Assembly: GCA_023920165.1 (NCBI GenBank)
Contig: CP089274.1
Coordinates: forward strand, 682,001 to 746,000
DNA: 64,000 nt
Source: Curvularia clavata
Taxonomy: Eukaryota
Direction: 5' to 3'
This document shows, in pieces, positions 36,890 through 48,556 of the stretch. The translations under genes were made by a program, and so were the position numbers. Position 1 is the first letter of the stretch; every line of letters starts with the position of its first letter. Under the pieces are notes generated by a model. That model made no database searches. It had not been told where the DNA came from and worked only from the letters and a program-made list of their open reading frames with translations.

Positions 36890-38106
36890 TTAAGCTTTAC
36901 GCTGCTTCTTCGCAGGTGGCTGGCCTTTTCGACCCTTTCCTACGAGGGCACGGATATCAACAGGCTCGTCGTTGTCTTCGTCGTCATCGTCGTCGTAATA
37001 TTCGGCTTCCATGGCATCGTCAGAGATTTCGGACAGCTCCTCGTCATCCTCTTCCTCATCGAACATGCCCTCTGTAATCTGTTAGCATCGATATGATACT
37101 GTCAAGTATGCAACATACTGTAGTACTTGATAGCATTGGGCCACATGTCTTCAGCAATGATAGTAGCAACCTCATCGCCACCTGGGAAAACTTCAATCTC
37201 CTGATAGTCCTGGGGATCCTCCTCATCGTCATCGTCATCTTCGATCTTTTCTCCCCGCCTGACCTTGTCAAACCTCTCCTTCTCTTCTTTGGTAGCCTGT
37301 GCTGACTCTTCTGCACTGACCCATCGGTAACCCGAAACAAAAGAGAAGAGACCGAAGAAGCTGATTGAGGCATCTGTGGCTGTCTCAATCTTGTTAACAA
37401 GCTTCTTGTATTCTTCAGACTTGGCTTCTTCTTTCACTGCTGCGCCGTTGGTGGTATCGGCTGCCAGCTTGGCTCTCAGCTGGCCTAGCTCGTACGCAGC
37501 ATCGGTCAGACCGTCGCTAAGATCCTTGCCCTTCTTCCAGTTGATCTTGACCGGCTCGGACACCAGTCCCTGCCAGTCCTTGGTCTTGCGGAACCAGAAC
37601 TTCTTCTCTAGCACCTTATCCTCGAAATACTCATTTTCCGTGAAGCCAAACTTGAGCGAGAAGCTGCGCGGGGAGCCACTGGGGTCATCAAGCTCAAAGC
37701 GCGATACCTCGAGCGTAGACAGGTACTCTGCCAAGACCTTGGAATCGGTGGGCTGAATGAAGTTGTCAATCTCAGGAGGTGCTTGCTCGAAGACCAGGGC
37801 CCAGAAGTGGGGAATCTTTGCAACGAGCTCGGCGCGCTTCTTGTAGAGAGGGGCGTTGACTGCCTCAGCTTTGCGAACTGCGTTTACGTCAGTATCGTGC
37901 TTGTCGCATAGATAAAAAACAAGGAATAATGTGATTCCTAGAAGAGCCGCCCTCGTCCGACATCATGTCTGGATTGTGCGACCCTGTTTTCCATATGAGA
38001 GTGAATGCGACTTACTGATCTCATCTTCCGCAACTTCGAATTCGTGCTCAAGAGCTGCGAGCTCCTCGAAACGAGCAGAGACTTCCTCGGGTGTAGGTTC
38101 AGCCAT
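36890..38106 (-). CDS. NAP-family histone chaperone (SET/Vps75-like)
   Basis: Introns 38015-37878 and 37118-37072. Motifs LYKKRAELVAKIPHFW, FTENEYFEDKVLEKKF, VKINWKKGKDL, SFFGLF, IAEDMWPNAIKYY; acidic tail ending in NLS-like PAKKQRKA. Confidence 0.9.
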
Positions 38107-38595
38107 ATTGAGTTATATGATAAACTACCGAATTCAATTGCTCAGCGATTGGGTTCGGAAGACAGGTTGTGTGGTTGAGGATGGATGGCGAGACTGCGAG
38201 CATTTCTCACAAAATTTCGAAATGGTTGCAGGGATCTGAGTTGTTGGATAAGCCCCACTAAAAGCGGAGCCATTCCGCCCCGCGTTTGTGAACCAGTACG
38301 TCACCCGCTCACTTGGCGAACGTGAGATAGAGAGAAGTGCGAAATTGGGGACATGATTTTCTCTAGTGGAACACTAACGAACCGGTAAAGGCGAGATAAC
38401 CGACCTTGATTTCAGTGAGAGGGCCTCGTCTGATGAGAATTAACTATTATGAATGTATGACTCCTACTCAGCTGTGGATAGTTTCACCGGTGGCAGTGCA
38501 TTTTGCAGATATTTACTAGAAACAAAAGCTATCTACATTCTACACTTCAAAAGTTCGGACGAGTTAAGTCTTGCCATTTCTATTTCCTACCCATC

Positions 38596-39810
38596 ATGGG
38601 CGGCCTAGCCTTCGCAGACGTCTCAACCGAGTCTGGACACCCCATTCTCGTTCCTCGACTATCACCCGAATTATACAAGACGCTCTGTGTGCAATACCAG
38701 TACATCCTCGAGACCATCTTCCAACGGGTTGTTATTCCCCGTGACGCTCCCGCTAAGGTGGACTACGGTGATATTGATTATCTGGTCGATGGGCTTCGGC
38801 CTCCATTAACGGGGAACGATATCTGGGAAGTGATACGAGAAAGTTTCAAGGCAGATGCGCTCATTCTACGAGGCGGTTCGGCTTCGTTTGCAGTACCGCA
38901 TCCGGAGGCAGCTGGAGCGCATGTTCAAGTAGACGTTGAGTTGTCAGTTGGACATGGGACTCCACAGAGTGCCGAGTTGTTCGAATGGACGCGTTTCATG
39001 AAAGGCGACTCTGATCTGATGCAGATACTGGGAATCTCTCATCGCCCGTTGGGGCTTGTCTGCAATGACCAAGGATTGCATGCACGAGTTTCAGAGATAG
39101 AGCCTTACAACAAGAGGAAATCCTTGCTGTTTTTAACGAGAGATCCGGAGGAGGTTATGGGTTTCTACGGACTCGACACTGCAAAGTATAGGGCTGGATT
39201 CACTGATCAAGAAGACCTCTTTGACTGGGCATCTAGCGGAAGGTTTTTCTCCCAGGGGACGTTCGAAAGTCGCACAGAGAAGCACAACGATCGAGCACGC
39301 CAGATGAAGAGGCCCATGTACCGGCGATTCGTGGAAGAGTATATGCCCTCACATCCGGACAAGGGTACCTGCAAGGTTTGGACTCGACAGGAAGTCCTAT
39401 GCGAAGCCATTGAGGTCTTTGGGAAACAAGCGGACTACGATCTCATGATGGAGGAACATCATCTCAAAACGGCAGAAGAGGAGCTCTGGAAAGAGGTCAA
39501 GGCAGCAGTGCCAGTGCAGAGCAACTCTCTGGCTCTCATTCTCAAAGGCTTGAGACGCTGGGTAGCATTTGAAGACGGACGGCCGCTCATCACATCCGAG
39601 CCGAATCTTGAGGAGCCTCTGGTCTGGTCCAAGTCCGTGTCAGCAGACACCAAAGATGCAGTGCTAGCATGGGTGCACGACAACTGGCAGCAAGTCAAAG
39701 CCCTAGAGAAGGCGCGTGCAAGTGCATCCAAGGCGGCGGCAGCGAATGTCCGGGCAGTGGGTAGTGCGGTGCGTAACGAGGACGGCAAGGCCTTGAACGA
39801 GAGCGTGTAG
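38596..39810 (+). CDS. Uncharacterised Pol beta-superfamily nucleotidyltransferase-like protein
   Basis: Intronless 404-aa ORF from CATCATGG. Contains KVDYGDIDYLV and downstream HVQVDVEL, giving a three-carboxylate pattern. The CDS is well supported; the function is inferred. Confidence 0.7.
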   Translation: MGGLAFADVSTESGHPILVPRLSPELYKTLCVQYQYILETIFQRVVIPRDAPAKVDYGDIDYLVDGLRPPLTGNDIWEVIRESFKADALILRGGSASFAVPHPEAAGAHVQVDVELSVGHGTPQSAELFEWTRFMKGDSDLMQILGISHRPLGLVCNDQGLHARVSEIEPYNKRKSLLFLTRDPEEVMGFYGLDTAKYRAGFTDQEDLFDWASSGRFFSQGTFESRTEKHNDRARQMKRPMYRRFVEEYMPSHPDKGTCKVWTRQEVLCEAIEVFGKQADYDLMMEEHHLKTAEEELWKEVKAAVPVQSNSLALILKGLRRWVAFEDGRPLITSEPNLEEPLVWSKSVSADTKDAVLAWVHDNWQQVKALEKARASASKAAAANVRAVGSAVRNEDGKALNESV

Positions 39811-39990
39811 TTTTCGCACCAGCAGCCGTGATCAACCGTATTCGCGGACGATGCTCGCTGCAGGCATGAGAATTTTGCTGCTTCGGTTTCCGTGACGTAA
39901 GGACATGTCTGCTAAGCCGATGTTTTCCCACGCGATGCGGGCCTGGTCGACAGGATCGTGGTGCGACGTGGTTCGCAGTGCAAATTTTCA

Positions 39991-40053
39991 GTTTTGAAGG
40001 GGTAATAGAAAGTAGTTTTGAAGGGGTAATGGAGTCGATTTCGAAGGGGTAAT
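39991..40053 (+). repeat. Three spaced copies of TT(T/C)GAAGGGGTAAT (STRE-like AGGGG core) upstream of asparaginase
   Basis: Three copies with 23-24 nt period, directly visible. Confidence 0.8.
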
Positions 40054-40449
40054 GCGAGCGCTTAACTGTGGGTCGCGCGGCCTGCAGTGTTTGCGTAGCT
40101 TAGTGTGCTCGGTCCGATCAGCAGGGAATGGGCCTGGATCACGATAATTTTTCCTTTTCGGAAAACCATGTCGTCAATGGGCGTCGCTGCGCTAAGATAA
40201 CGCATCGTCACGCCAAGCACGTGGCCATGTGGTGTTTGCTTTCACTGTTCACTCGTGAGCCATGAGCGATACCGGATCGTCCCGACACTTCATAGTGAAC
40301 TGGCTTGCCAAAGAGTTTGGTGATTCGGGCCACGCTACTGTGCCATAGTCTTCTCCGCATTATACGTTTTGTGACACATCCGTACCTTTCTTATCTACGG
40401 CTTTGCTGCACTAGGAGAAAAAAAAAGTACCCCCACAGGTTCAGCCACG

Positions 40450-42484
40450 ATGAACGACACAGACGAAACCCTTCTAGAAGCACCGCTTCCAGAATCACGA
40501 GTGTTGATTGTCATCACAGGTACAACTTATCGTTGCTTCACACGGCCTTGACTCAGTATTAACTTGGACAGGCGGCACGATATGTATGCGCAAGTCTGCA
40601 GACGGACTGGTCCCTGCCAGAGGTTTTCTGAAAGCAGGACTTGCACCTAGACCCGTATTCAATGATGGATCCTACCCAGAGCCCCTCGAGATTGTTGTCG
40701 ATGACAAGGGTACCCGAAAGGCCGTCCAGAGCTTGAGAACCCCTGTTAGCACCTATGAACGCCGCGTTCGATACTGTGTACTTGAGTTTGAGAAACTCCT
40801 TGACAGCAGCTCCATCGACTCGACCGGCTGGGACCAAATTGCCCGGACCGTCCAGAGGAATTATCAACTCTTCGATGGTTTTGTTATCCTGCACGGGACA
40901 GACTCGCTGGCCTACACTTCGTCGGCGCTCAGCTTTATGTTCCATAATCTAGGGAAACCTGTCGTGCTGACAGGGTCTCAAGCACCCATGATGAACCTGC
41001 AGACGGATGCCCAGGACAACCTTCTCAATTCGCTCATTATTGCTGGGCACTTTATGATACCCGAAGTTTGCCTTTTCTTCAACTTCAAGCTGTTCCGCGG
41101 CAACCGTGCGACCAAAGTATCTGCCGAGGACTTTGATGCATTCAGCAGCCCCAACCTACCCCCGCTGGCCACCATTTCGTCGACCAGGACCAATGTGCTA
41201 TGGCACCGAGTTCACCGTTCGACCGACCTCAGCCCATTTAGTATCCAGACCAACCTAGACACGGCACATGTGGCTTGCTTGCGCGTCTTCCCGGGAATCA
41301 CACCCGCCATGGTGGACGCCGTGTTGCACCTGGACGGGCTTAAGGGACTCGTTCTGGAGACATTTGGAGCAGGCAACACGCCGGGCGGGCCGGACAGCGC
41401 GATGACGCGGTGCTTAGCAGATGCGGTCAAGAGGGGCATTGTCATTGTCAATGTCACACAGTGTTTAAGCGGCAGCGTCAGTGCGCTGTATGCTCCAGGA
41501 GCGTTTCTGGGACGAGCGGGAGTTGTGTTTGGCCAGGATCTGACGTCAGAAGCAGCGCTCACCAAGCTGGCCTATCTGCTCTCGCTTCCGGGAGCCACAC
41601 CCGAAGAGGTTTCGAGGCGCATGTCCATCTCACTGCGAGGTGAGCTTACCGAGACTACGCGGACCCATTTTGAGCACCCTTCGAGGAGCGGCTTTCTTAC
41701 CCCTGAGCTCTCGAGTCTTACCGCGCTCGGCTATGCTATCCAAAAGGGAGACTTGCAGGAAACGAGGGATATCATTCGAGGAGAGCCTCGTTGGCTGCTG
41801 AATGATGTTGACTATCAGATGAATAGCCCAACAGTAAGTACATTTCCGTCCAGTCAGCGTTCATGCACCTATCTCTACCCTCTGTTATGGTTTGGCCGCG
41901 CGTTGCGACCACGGCCAACGTTATATTGTTCCTGCATTGCGCAAGAGCCGGTATCGGACAAAGATGCGCGCTCTATGCAACACATGGGGAAATGCTCTGA
42001 GGAGGCGTGCGACGCGTACATGGCTGTCATAGATAAAGACAGTCACGGCCGTCGGCAACAGAAACGACATAGCCATACACAAGACATGTGCGGCAGCCCA
42101 AGGCAGCAGGAGGCACAACCGCTTATCTCTCAGCATGTTTCCCCGCTGCATGCAAGAGCAGAAGCGTGTCTGGAACATGTTTCATGCGTACAATGACGTG
42201 CAATTGCGATCTCGTATGCTGACCCGTGAGCATAGCACCTTGCAGCAACCAGCCCCAACGTCGAGATTCTGCGCGACTTCCTGGCCCAAGGCGCTTCCGT
42301 GCATCTTCGAAACCGATCAGGCAATACCCCGCTCTTCCTGGCCGCGGCGGCGGGCCTGCCAGATCACGTCCAGACGTTGCTCGATGCAGGAGCCCATCTT
42401 CACAGCGACGAGGTGAGCACGGCCAAGCTGTACGCATCCGAGGGCGACGGCAACGCAGAGATATGGCGGCGTGTGATTGGCTGA
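40450..42484 (+). CDS. Type I L-asparaginase with C-terminal ankyrin repeats (60-kDa lysophospholipase-like)
   Basis: Intron 40520-40571 creates VLIVITGGTICM. Motifs LLDSSS, VILHGTDSLAY, VVLTGSQ, RGNRATK, ETFGAGN. Intron 41834-42235 joins to the ankyrin exon HLAA...GASVHLRNRSGNTPLFLAA. Confidence 0.93.
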
Positions 42485-44216
42485 GTTGGGGCATGCATGC
42501 TGAGGAGCGCTGGGGGGGGGTACCACAGTTAATTGTGGCTGCTGTGGGCTGCAGCCTAGCGATGGAAATTGTTTATTTCATGTCCCCAGGGTCTGGTGAC
42601 GCCCGGGATCAGCCCGATGCACGTCTGCAACGTCGAGAGTTGGGGTGGATGAATCATTGGCCTTACGCGACAATATCCCGGCTCGGCATGCTATCAACGG
42701 CCGCTGGCCGTCCATCTCATCTTGTGACGGACGGACGCGCGACCAGAATAGAAAAAAGGCGGTGGCCCGCGGCGTCGTCGTTTGGCGTGGCGAGACGGGC
42801 CAGCAAAGAGACACAGGTATACTACGCGGAATCTGGCAATGGGTACCCGCTGCTGGGTGTGGGGAAGTGGTACAGTAATAGTAGTGGTAGCAACGAGTTT
42901 CCACTTTGGACGTTCACAGGACAGTGCCGCTAAGAATGGACTGCTCGGGAGCTTGTTTCAGTTAGTCAAAGAAATCTCTGTGCCAAGCAGTGACACCGTG
43001 ATGGTCCCCCTTGTAACTCGGAGTAATCCCTCTCTCGCCTGACAGCACCTCTTCTCACACGACGAACAGACGAGAGACGGTCCCCAGCGCCGAGCAAACC
43101 ACCATCGCTGTCGGCACAGCCGTCTGCCCGCCGACGGCCATGGGTCTTGGAGACTCTGCCTGCCGGCCCCTGGGGAGTACAGCGCTGTTACCGTCCCTAG
43201 TGTATCCCACTCCCCGCATCGAATCGCGGCCAGCGCCCCTCTTGTTTGAATCCTTTGTATTTTGCTAGTAGATTCCAAGGTGGATCCTCCTCGTCTATGA
43301 TTAGCCTACCAGCGCCGTGTCTGTGTGTGCGTGCCTGTGTCGGTGTCGGCGTCCATGTCTGCATCCGTGTCTGCACCTGCGTGCGTGTACCGTGTCCTGC
43401 AGCAGTGTATCGATGTACATACTAGACACGTTCCCAGCGATACTCGCCGCCGTGTACCGTCGAGTAATGCCCACAAGCGGCCGCGGCCATGTTGGGCTGG
43501 CGTGCGGTGCTGTGTCCCTGGCCGTGGTCAGATGGTCGCCATGTTAAGCGGAGCCTATTCGCCCTTGCAGGTCGACTATTAGGTAAGGCTTTTCCCAGCA
43601 ATGGCCACGACGAGGGCCAAACCTGGCTGCAAGGTCATACGAGCAACGGCTCAAATTCGAGCTTTTCCTGCTTCTCCGGCAGTCACCACCAAGTACCGCT
43701 GCTTTGCAATTACTGCACCGTCGACGTCAAAAGGTACTGCAATCGGCCCGCCATCGCAACTCTAGCACACGCCCACTAGCTCCGCCCTACCCTGCATAGC
43801 CCGACTCACGTGGACGGACTTCGATTTGCACTATCAAAGAGCCTTGACCGTCGCTGGCTGTCTGTGTCTGTGTCTGTGTGCGGCCGGTGTGGGTGTGCGT
43901 CCGTCATTGCCCTCCCCGCCCAACCGACGGACGGCCCTTCCCAGGCGAAGACTACCTTGCTCTTACACTGAGCCTTATCTCGCCTTCGCCCTCCCAAAAA
44001 CAACTACCGCATCCTACACACTTCCCCGAACCCCAGGTGACGAGCCCCCGGAATCCTTGCGCCTTGGCCCTGGTTTGCATTTTCATATACAAATCCAACA
44101 ACCGCCCTAGCAAACACCGCCTTCTGGTCTCACTGCTCTTTCTTGCCCTCTCGCTCTTCTCAGCCAGTCAGCTTCCGGACGCTAGCACTCGCCGCCCACT
44201 CTCCTTTTCTTCTTTC

Positions 44217-45447
44217 ATGGTGCTCACTTCTCCGGACACACGAATGCAAAAAACCGTCGTTACCATCAACAGCAATGGCCGCCAATCGGCGAGCTTCATT
44301 CGCGTCGCTGCCGCTTTGGGATGGCAAGTAAGAGCCCAGATGCGAGACTTGAACGGAATAGTCGCTCGCGAACTCTCTGAACTTGATAACGTCACTGTTT
44401 TCATTGGCGCACTCGAGGATAAGAGATTTCTCGACGATCTCTTCAGGGGCGCGCAGTATGCCTTCATCAATACCACGCACTGGGGTGACGAGGTTGCCAT
44501 TGGTCGATCACTAGCCGACGCCGCCAAAAAAGCTGGAATCCAACATTACATCTACTCGAGCATGCCCGATCATTCCGTCTTTGGCCATGGCTGGAAGGCC
44601 CTCCCCATGTGGGCGCCCAAGTTCACCGTTGAGCAATATGTTCGCCAGATCGGCCTACCAGCCACGTTTGTCTACTGTGGCGCCTACCACAACAACTTTA
44701 CCGGTCTTGACTTTCCCCTCTTTCGCATGGAGCATCAGCCTGACGGAAGCTTTGTTTGGCAAGCCCCCTTCCACCCAGACCAGCCGCTCCCCTGGCTAGA
44801 CTCGGAGCATGATGTAGGACCAGCTATCTTCCAGCTATTTAAGGAAGGTCCGCGCAAGTGGAACGGTAAACGGTAAGCGTCATCCTGCATCTGTGTATCT
44901 TGATCCACATCGTACCGCCGTTTCCCCACAATGGTTTCATCAGCTGGCCTACCATCACCAGTTGCAAAACGTCAAATTTTACACCGCATGGTACACGCGG
45001 TCACGACATGGCCACCAATTGCTGCGACAATGCAGCGCACGCAGCTTTGCTTTTGACTCTCGTACTGACCGACTTAGGGTGCCACTGGCGTTTGCCTCGA
45101 TGACTCCAAAACAAGTTTGCAAGGCCTTTAGCAACGGCCTCCGGAGACCTGTCCGCTACAAGCGGGGCCCCATAATGATCAACGTTCCCACACCCGCAGG
45201 CTACCGTGAGCATCTCGCAGCACTCGAGTACACCTTGGGTGAGCGAGGAGCCCCCTACTTCGGACCTGATCTCGAACCGGATGTCCCCGCCGTCGCCCTG
45301 TCCCTGTGGGAGGGAAACCGCTCCATGGAAGAGTACGCTGGGGAGGTTTTCCCAGTAGAAGAGGCTGCCAATGGCCTTACTTGGATGGAAGAGGTAGAGA
45401 CGCCTAGGAGAGAGATCGAGATCGACTTTGAACAAATCAATTGCTGA
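44217..45447 (+). CDS. nmrA: Nitrogen metabolite repression regulator NmrA/NMR1
   Basis: GRQSASFIRVAAA, AFINTT, QHYIYSSMPDH, PMWAPKFTVEQYVRQ, PWLDSEHDVGPA and FPVEEAANGLTWM match Aspergillus NmrA as I recall it. Intron 44873-45077. Confidence 0.93.
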
Positions 45448-46152
45448 CAACTTGGCTTCAATCTTTCAGGGCGAGCTTTTCCAGCAACCCAGCGTAATCT
45501 TGGGCCTGAGCGAACAGCTCAACCAAGCGAGGCTCTAAATTCCTTCGGTTCGACATGTCCCTTAGTTCCAATGGCGTCGGATTTGCATCTCAAAGGCGTC
45601 TGACCTCCTTTTCCTTTGGAGTACTCTGGTAGAAAAGCGGCGACAACGGGGCCACGGGATGCCTGAGGCGGATTCCTCGGTACCCACATCAGGTTATCTG
45701 GCCATTCCTGCGATCAAACTTGCTTATTTTAGTTGGAGCATGGTGTTTGGGGCTGCCTTTTTCAGCATGGGCGGATGCATTGCAGTTTTCTGCAGGCGGT
45801 GGTGACTTGCATTCCATAAAAGTTTTCCGATTATTTTCCCTTCTTTCTTATCTGTATTGCACCGGACAAGTGTCCACGAGCTTGGTTGCGTAGGGGCGTG
45901 CATTTTCAGGTTAGCTTCACGGGTGGCAGCTGCGATTAGCATTTCACAATAGAAGTTTACAACGTGATGAATTTCGATGTGGTGATGCAAGTTGTATCAC
46001 AAAGTTGGTTTCAGGAGACAAGAAACGTAGTAGATAAGCGAAACAGGTGCTGGGCAGGAAGGCGCAGCCTGGCCATGTCAATGCTGACGTAAGCAAATTC
46101 GAATTTCTTGACGCTGAACTTCAATGGCATATCTCCGACTCCGCCAACGCCA

Positions 46153-47097
46153 ATGTCAGCCGCCATACCCTGCACGCGGGCTACTGCCCAGCGTGTTGCC
46201 TTCCGGGCCATACGATGCAAACGATTCGCAAGCACTGAGACGGTTTCCGTCGATGCAGCGCTAACTACCACAGCGCCTCCGCCGTCCACCAAGCGTGAAC
46301 AGCGATTGCAGCCGCGAGAGGACCTTAGCCAGCGTCTGCACCGAGCATTATACCCAGAGTACTATGGAGAGAATGGCCAACCCATCAATGGGGTATTGAA
46401 GACACACACACGACGGAAACAGTCCTCAAAGCCGATAAGTGCCAAGTGGGAAGCCGTGATGAAGCAGAAGAATGTAAATCACGGATTGAGTACGCCCGCC
46501 TTTTTTACGACCCACACTTAAACAATTCGTCCTAACATCGTCACCACAGGCCATCAATTCGGCGTCCCTGTCTTCAAGCCCTCCGCCTCCAACGTCAAGA
46601 AAACCTGCCCTCACCCCATCTCCTCCGTAACCTCTTCTCAAATCAAGCTCCTCGACCCCACCGGTGCACGAACTCGCCTCTTCGCAAAAGACAACCCCGA
46701 ATGCGCCCGTGTGGGCGATATCCTGCTCGTGCGCCAGCGCTCTGGCGACCCCTTTGCCGGCGTCTGCATCAACATCCGGCGGCGGGGTACCGACACCGCC
46801 ATCCTCCTGCGCGGCCAGCTCACGCGCGTAGGCGTCGAAATGTGGTACAAGATTTACAGTCCGCTAGTTGAAGGCATTGAGGTTGTGCAAAGAGCGGCTA
46901 AGCGGGCGAGACGCGCCAGATTGACGTACATGCGTACGGTTAAGCATGATAGGGGCAGTGTGGAGAATGTGGTTAGGATGTACTTGAGACAAAAGGCGGC
47001 GCTGGGCACGGCGGAGGGACAGAAGAAGAAGGGTGCAGCGGCGGCAGCGGCCATGATGGGCGGCAAGAAGAAGGTTGGGAGGGGAAAGAAGAGGTAG
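46153..47097 (+). CDS. IMG1: Mitochondrial ribosomal protein bL19m (Img1)
   Basis: Arg-rich presequence; intron 46490-46549. L19 core LDPTGARTRLF, VGDILLV, FAGVCINIRRRG, GVEMWYKIYSP, RARRARLTYMR. Confidence 0.9.
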
Positions 47098-48452
47098 ACT
47101 TAGATTTCCAGGCTGATGAGGGATGGCGGCGTGGCATTGAGCTACAGATTATGTATATGGTATGTTTGTGGTATGGAAATCCTAGAAAAACCCCTCTTGT
47201 ACAAGTATGTACAGTATTATGTGAGCAATGTCGAAAAACACTTTTTCTTGCGCATATATCGGAATCTTGAGGGGTTGATAATTCAAAGCCCAGATGATGA
47301 AACAGTCTTGACCTCTTTTCTCAAAATCGCTTCTTCTTTTAAAGCCATTCTGATAGCTTGTCCCTACCCTACTTTGCTCTTTACTGTGCTTTTCTCTTCT
47401 CTTTGCATAAGCAGTCATGTTTGTTTTCCTCGAACATTATGACCCCGTTGAATGATCTTGCTTATAGGCAGATACAAGAGTCTAGATCTTAAGTTCCCCG
47501 AGTAGAAGGCTGAGTGGATGGTCAAGATAGCATTTGAGAACTCGATACATGAGTAATCTTTAGTGAAAATAGCAGATTTCATGGAGTGGAAAGGGTACAG
47601 TACAGTGATGTCGTGTATGTTGTCACGAGTGAGGTGTGTTTGTCGTGTCACTGAGATATCGAGCTGTGGTGAATATTTCTAACCATGTACTCTAGCACTT
47701 TCTTGTTCTACTCGAATTGCTATCTCTGACATGCGGTTATTCTGAGTAGAGCAGTGTATAAGGCGTACTAACTAAATTTTATAGACACGGCTGCAGAACG
47801 AAGTCGTGGGATGAGGTAGAGGAGGGATGTTGCTATGAGGATATGTAGAGTATTTTGCTTTCTGTTCAACTATATACATGCATCATTTACATTTGTTGAC
47901 TGTGTCGCTTTTCTCTATTTACTTGAGTTGTCTAGGTTGTCCGGATCTTGTACTCATAACTCATGTTTGGCTTCGCTCCGTACGAAACTGATGGTCGATA
48001 TCTGACAAGAGATTCGGTTTCAGACCTTTTTGTAAGCTTACTGTTGCTCTGGATTGCCGCCTAGTTTATGTCACAATAATGTATGTACTTGTACAGCAGA
48101 ATGGGCTAGGTTGAACTTTTCGGTCTTTGCTATAACGAAGAATTTACTAGTGTCTTAGGTTTCAAGTCTATGATTGTGCTTCTATTGCTCAGACCGCAGC
48201 TTTCTCGTTTTTTTTGACTTGATTGGAGTTTGAAAAGGTCTAATCCCCAACTAAAAATGTACTACTGATCTGAGATACTGCATTCTTATCTGGTTTGCGG
48301 CCAGTGGTGCGGCTGCTCTGATTGTTTGCTCCGTCACATCCCATACTCAACCACCATGTTTCGTTTGCTATCCAAGCTAGACTTTCAAGTATATATATTA
48401 CAACATACCTTATTCTACCATCAAGCGAATACTCCTCTGGGCTGATCGGGTG

Positions 48453-48556
48453 GGTCTCCTAGCACAAATAGATAACTAACCAATAGCATTTGGGCTGCAA
48501 GCTAGGGGGGCGCAGCCGCCGGCCGTAGAACGTTGGTTCGAATCCGGAAGGCGGGC
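48453..48556 (+). pseudogene. Possible degenerate tRNA (Cys-like) or tRNA-derived Pol III element
   Basis: Exact B-box GGTTCGAATCC at 48535-48545, A-box-like TAGCACAAATAG at 48460, CTGCAA anticodon-loop-like segment, downstream T-runs. The cloverleaf stems pair poorly. Confidence 0.3.

Noticed and set aside
42226..42933. 235-aa + strand ORF
   Set aside because: Overlaps the asparaginase ankyrin exon in another frame and has no domain features.
43878..44216. Open frame upstream of the nmrA ATG
   Set aside because: Starts at GTG within a (TG)-rich tract and reads like a pyrimidine-rich leader. NmrA similarity begins after 44217. Not fully excluded.
48250..48310. CTGAGATAC...CTTATCTGG...CCAG resembling a TPP riboswitch
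   Set aside because: Lacks the conserved UGAU and GNUAAU-type loop elements and is not in an intron of a thiamine gene.
48356..48528. Possible tiny spliced gene (CACCATG...GTATAT...CTAAC...TAG)
   Set aside because: Would encode only ~24 aa with no recognisable features.
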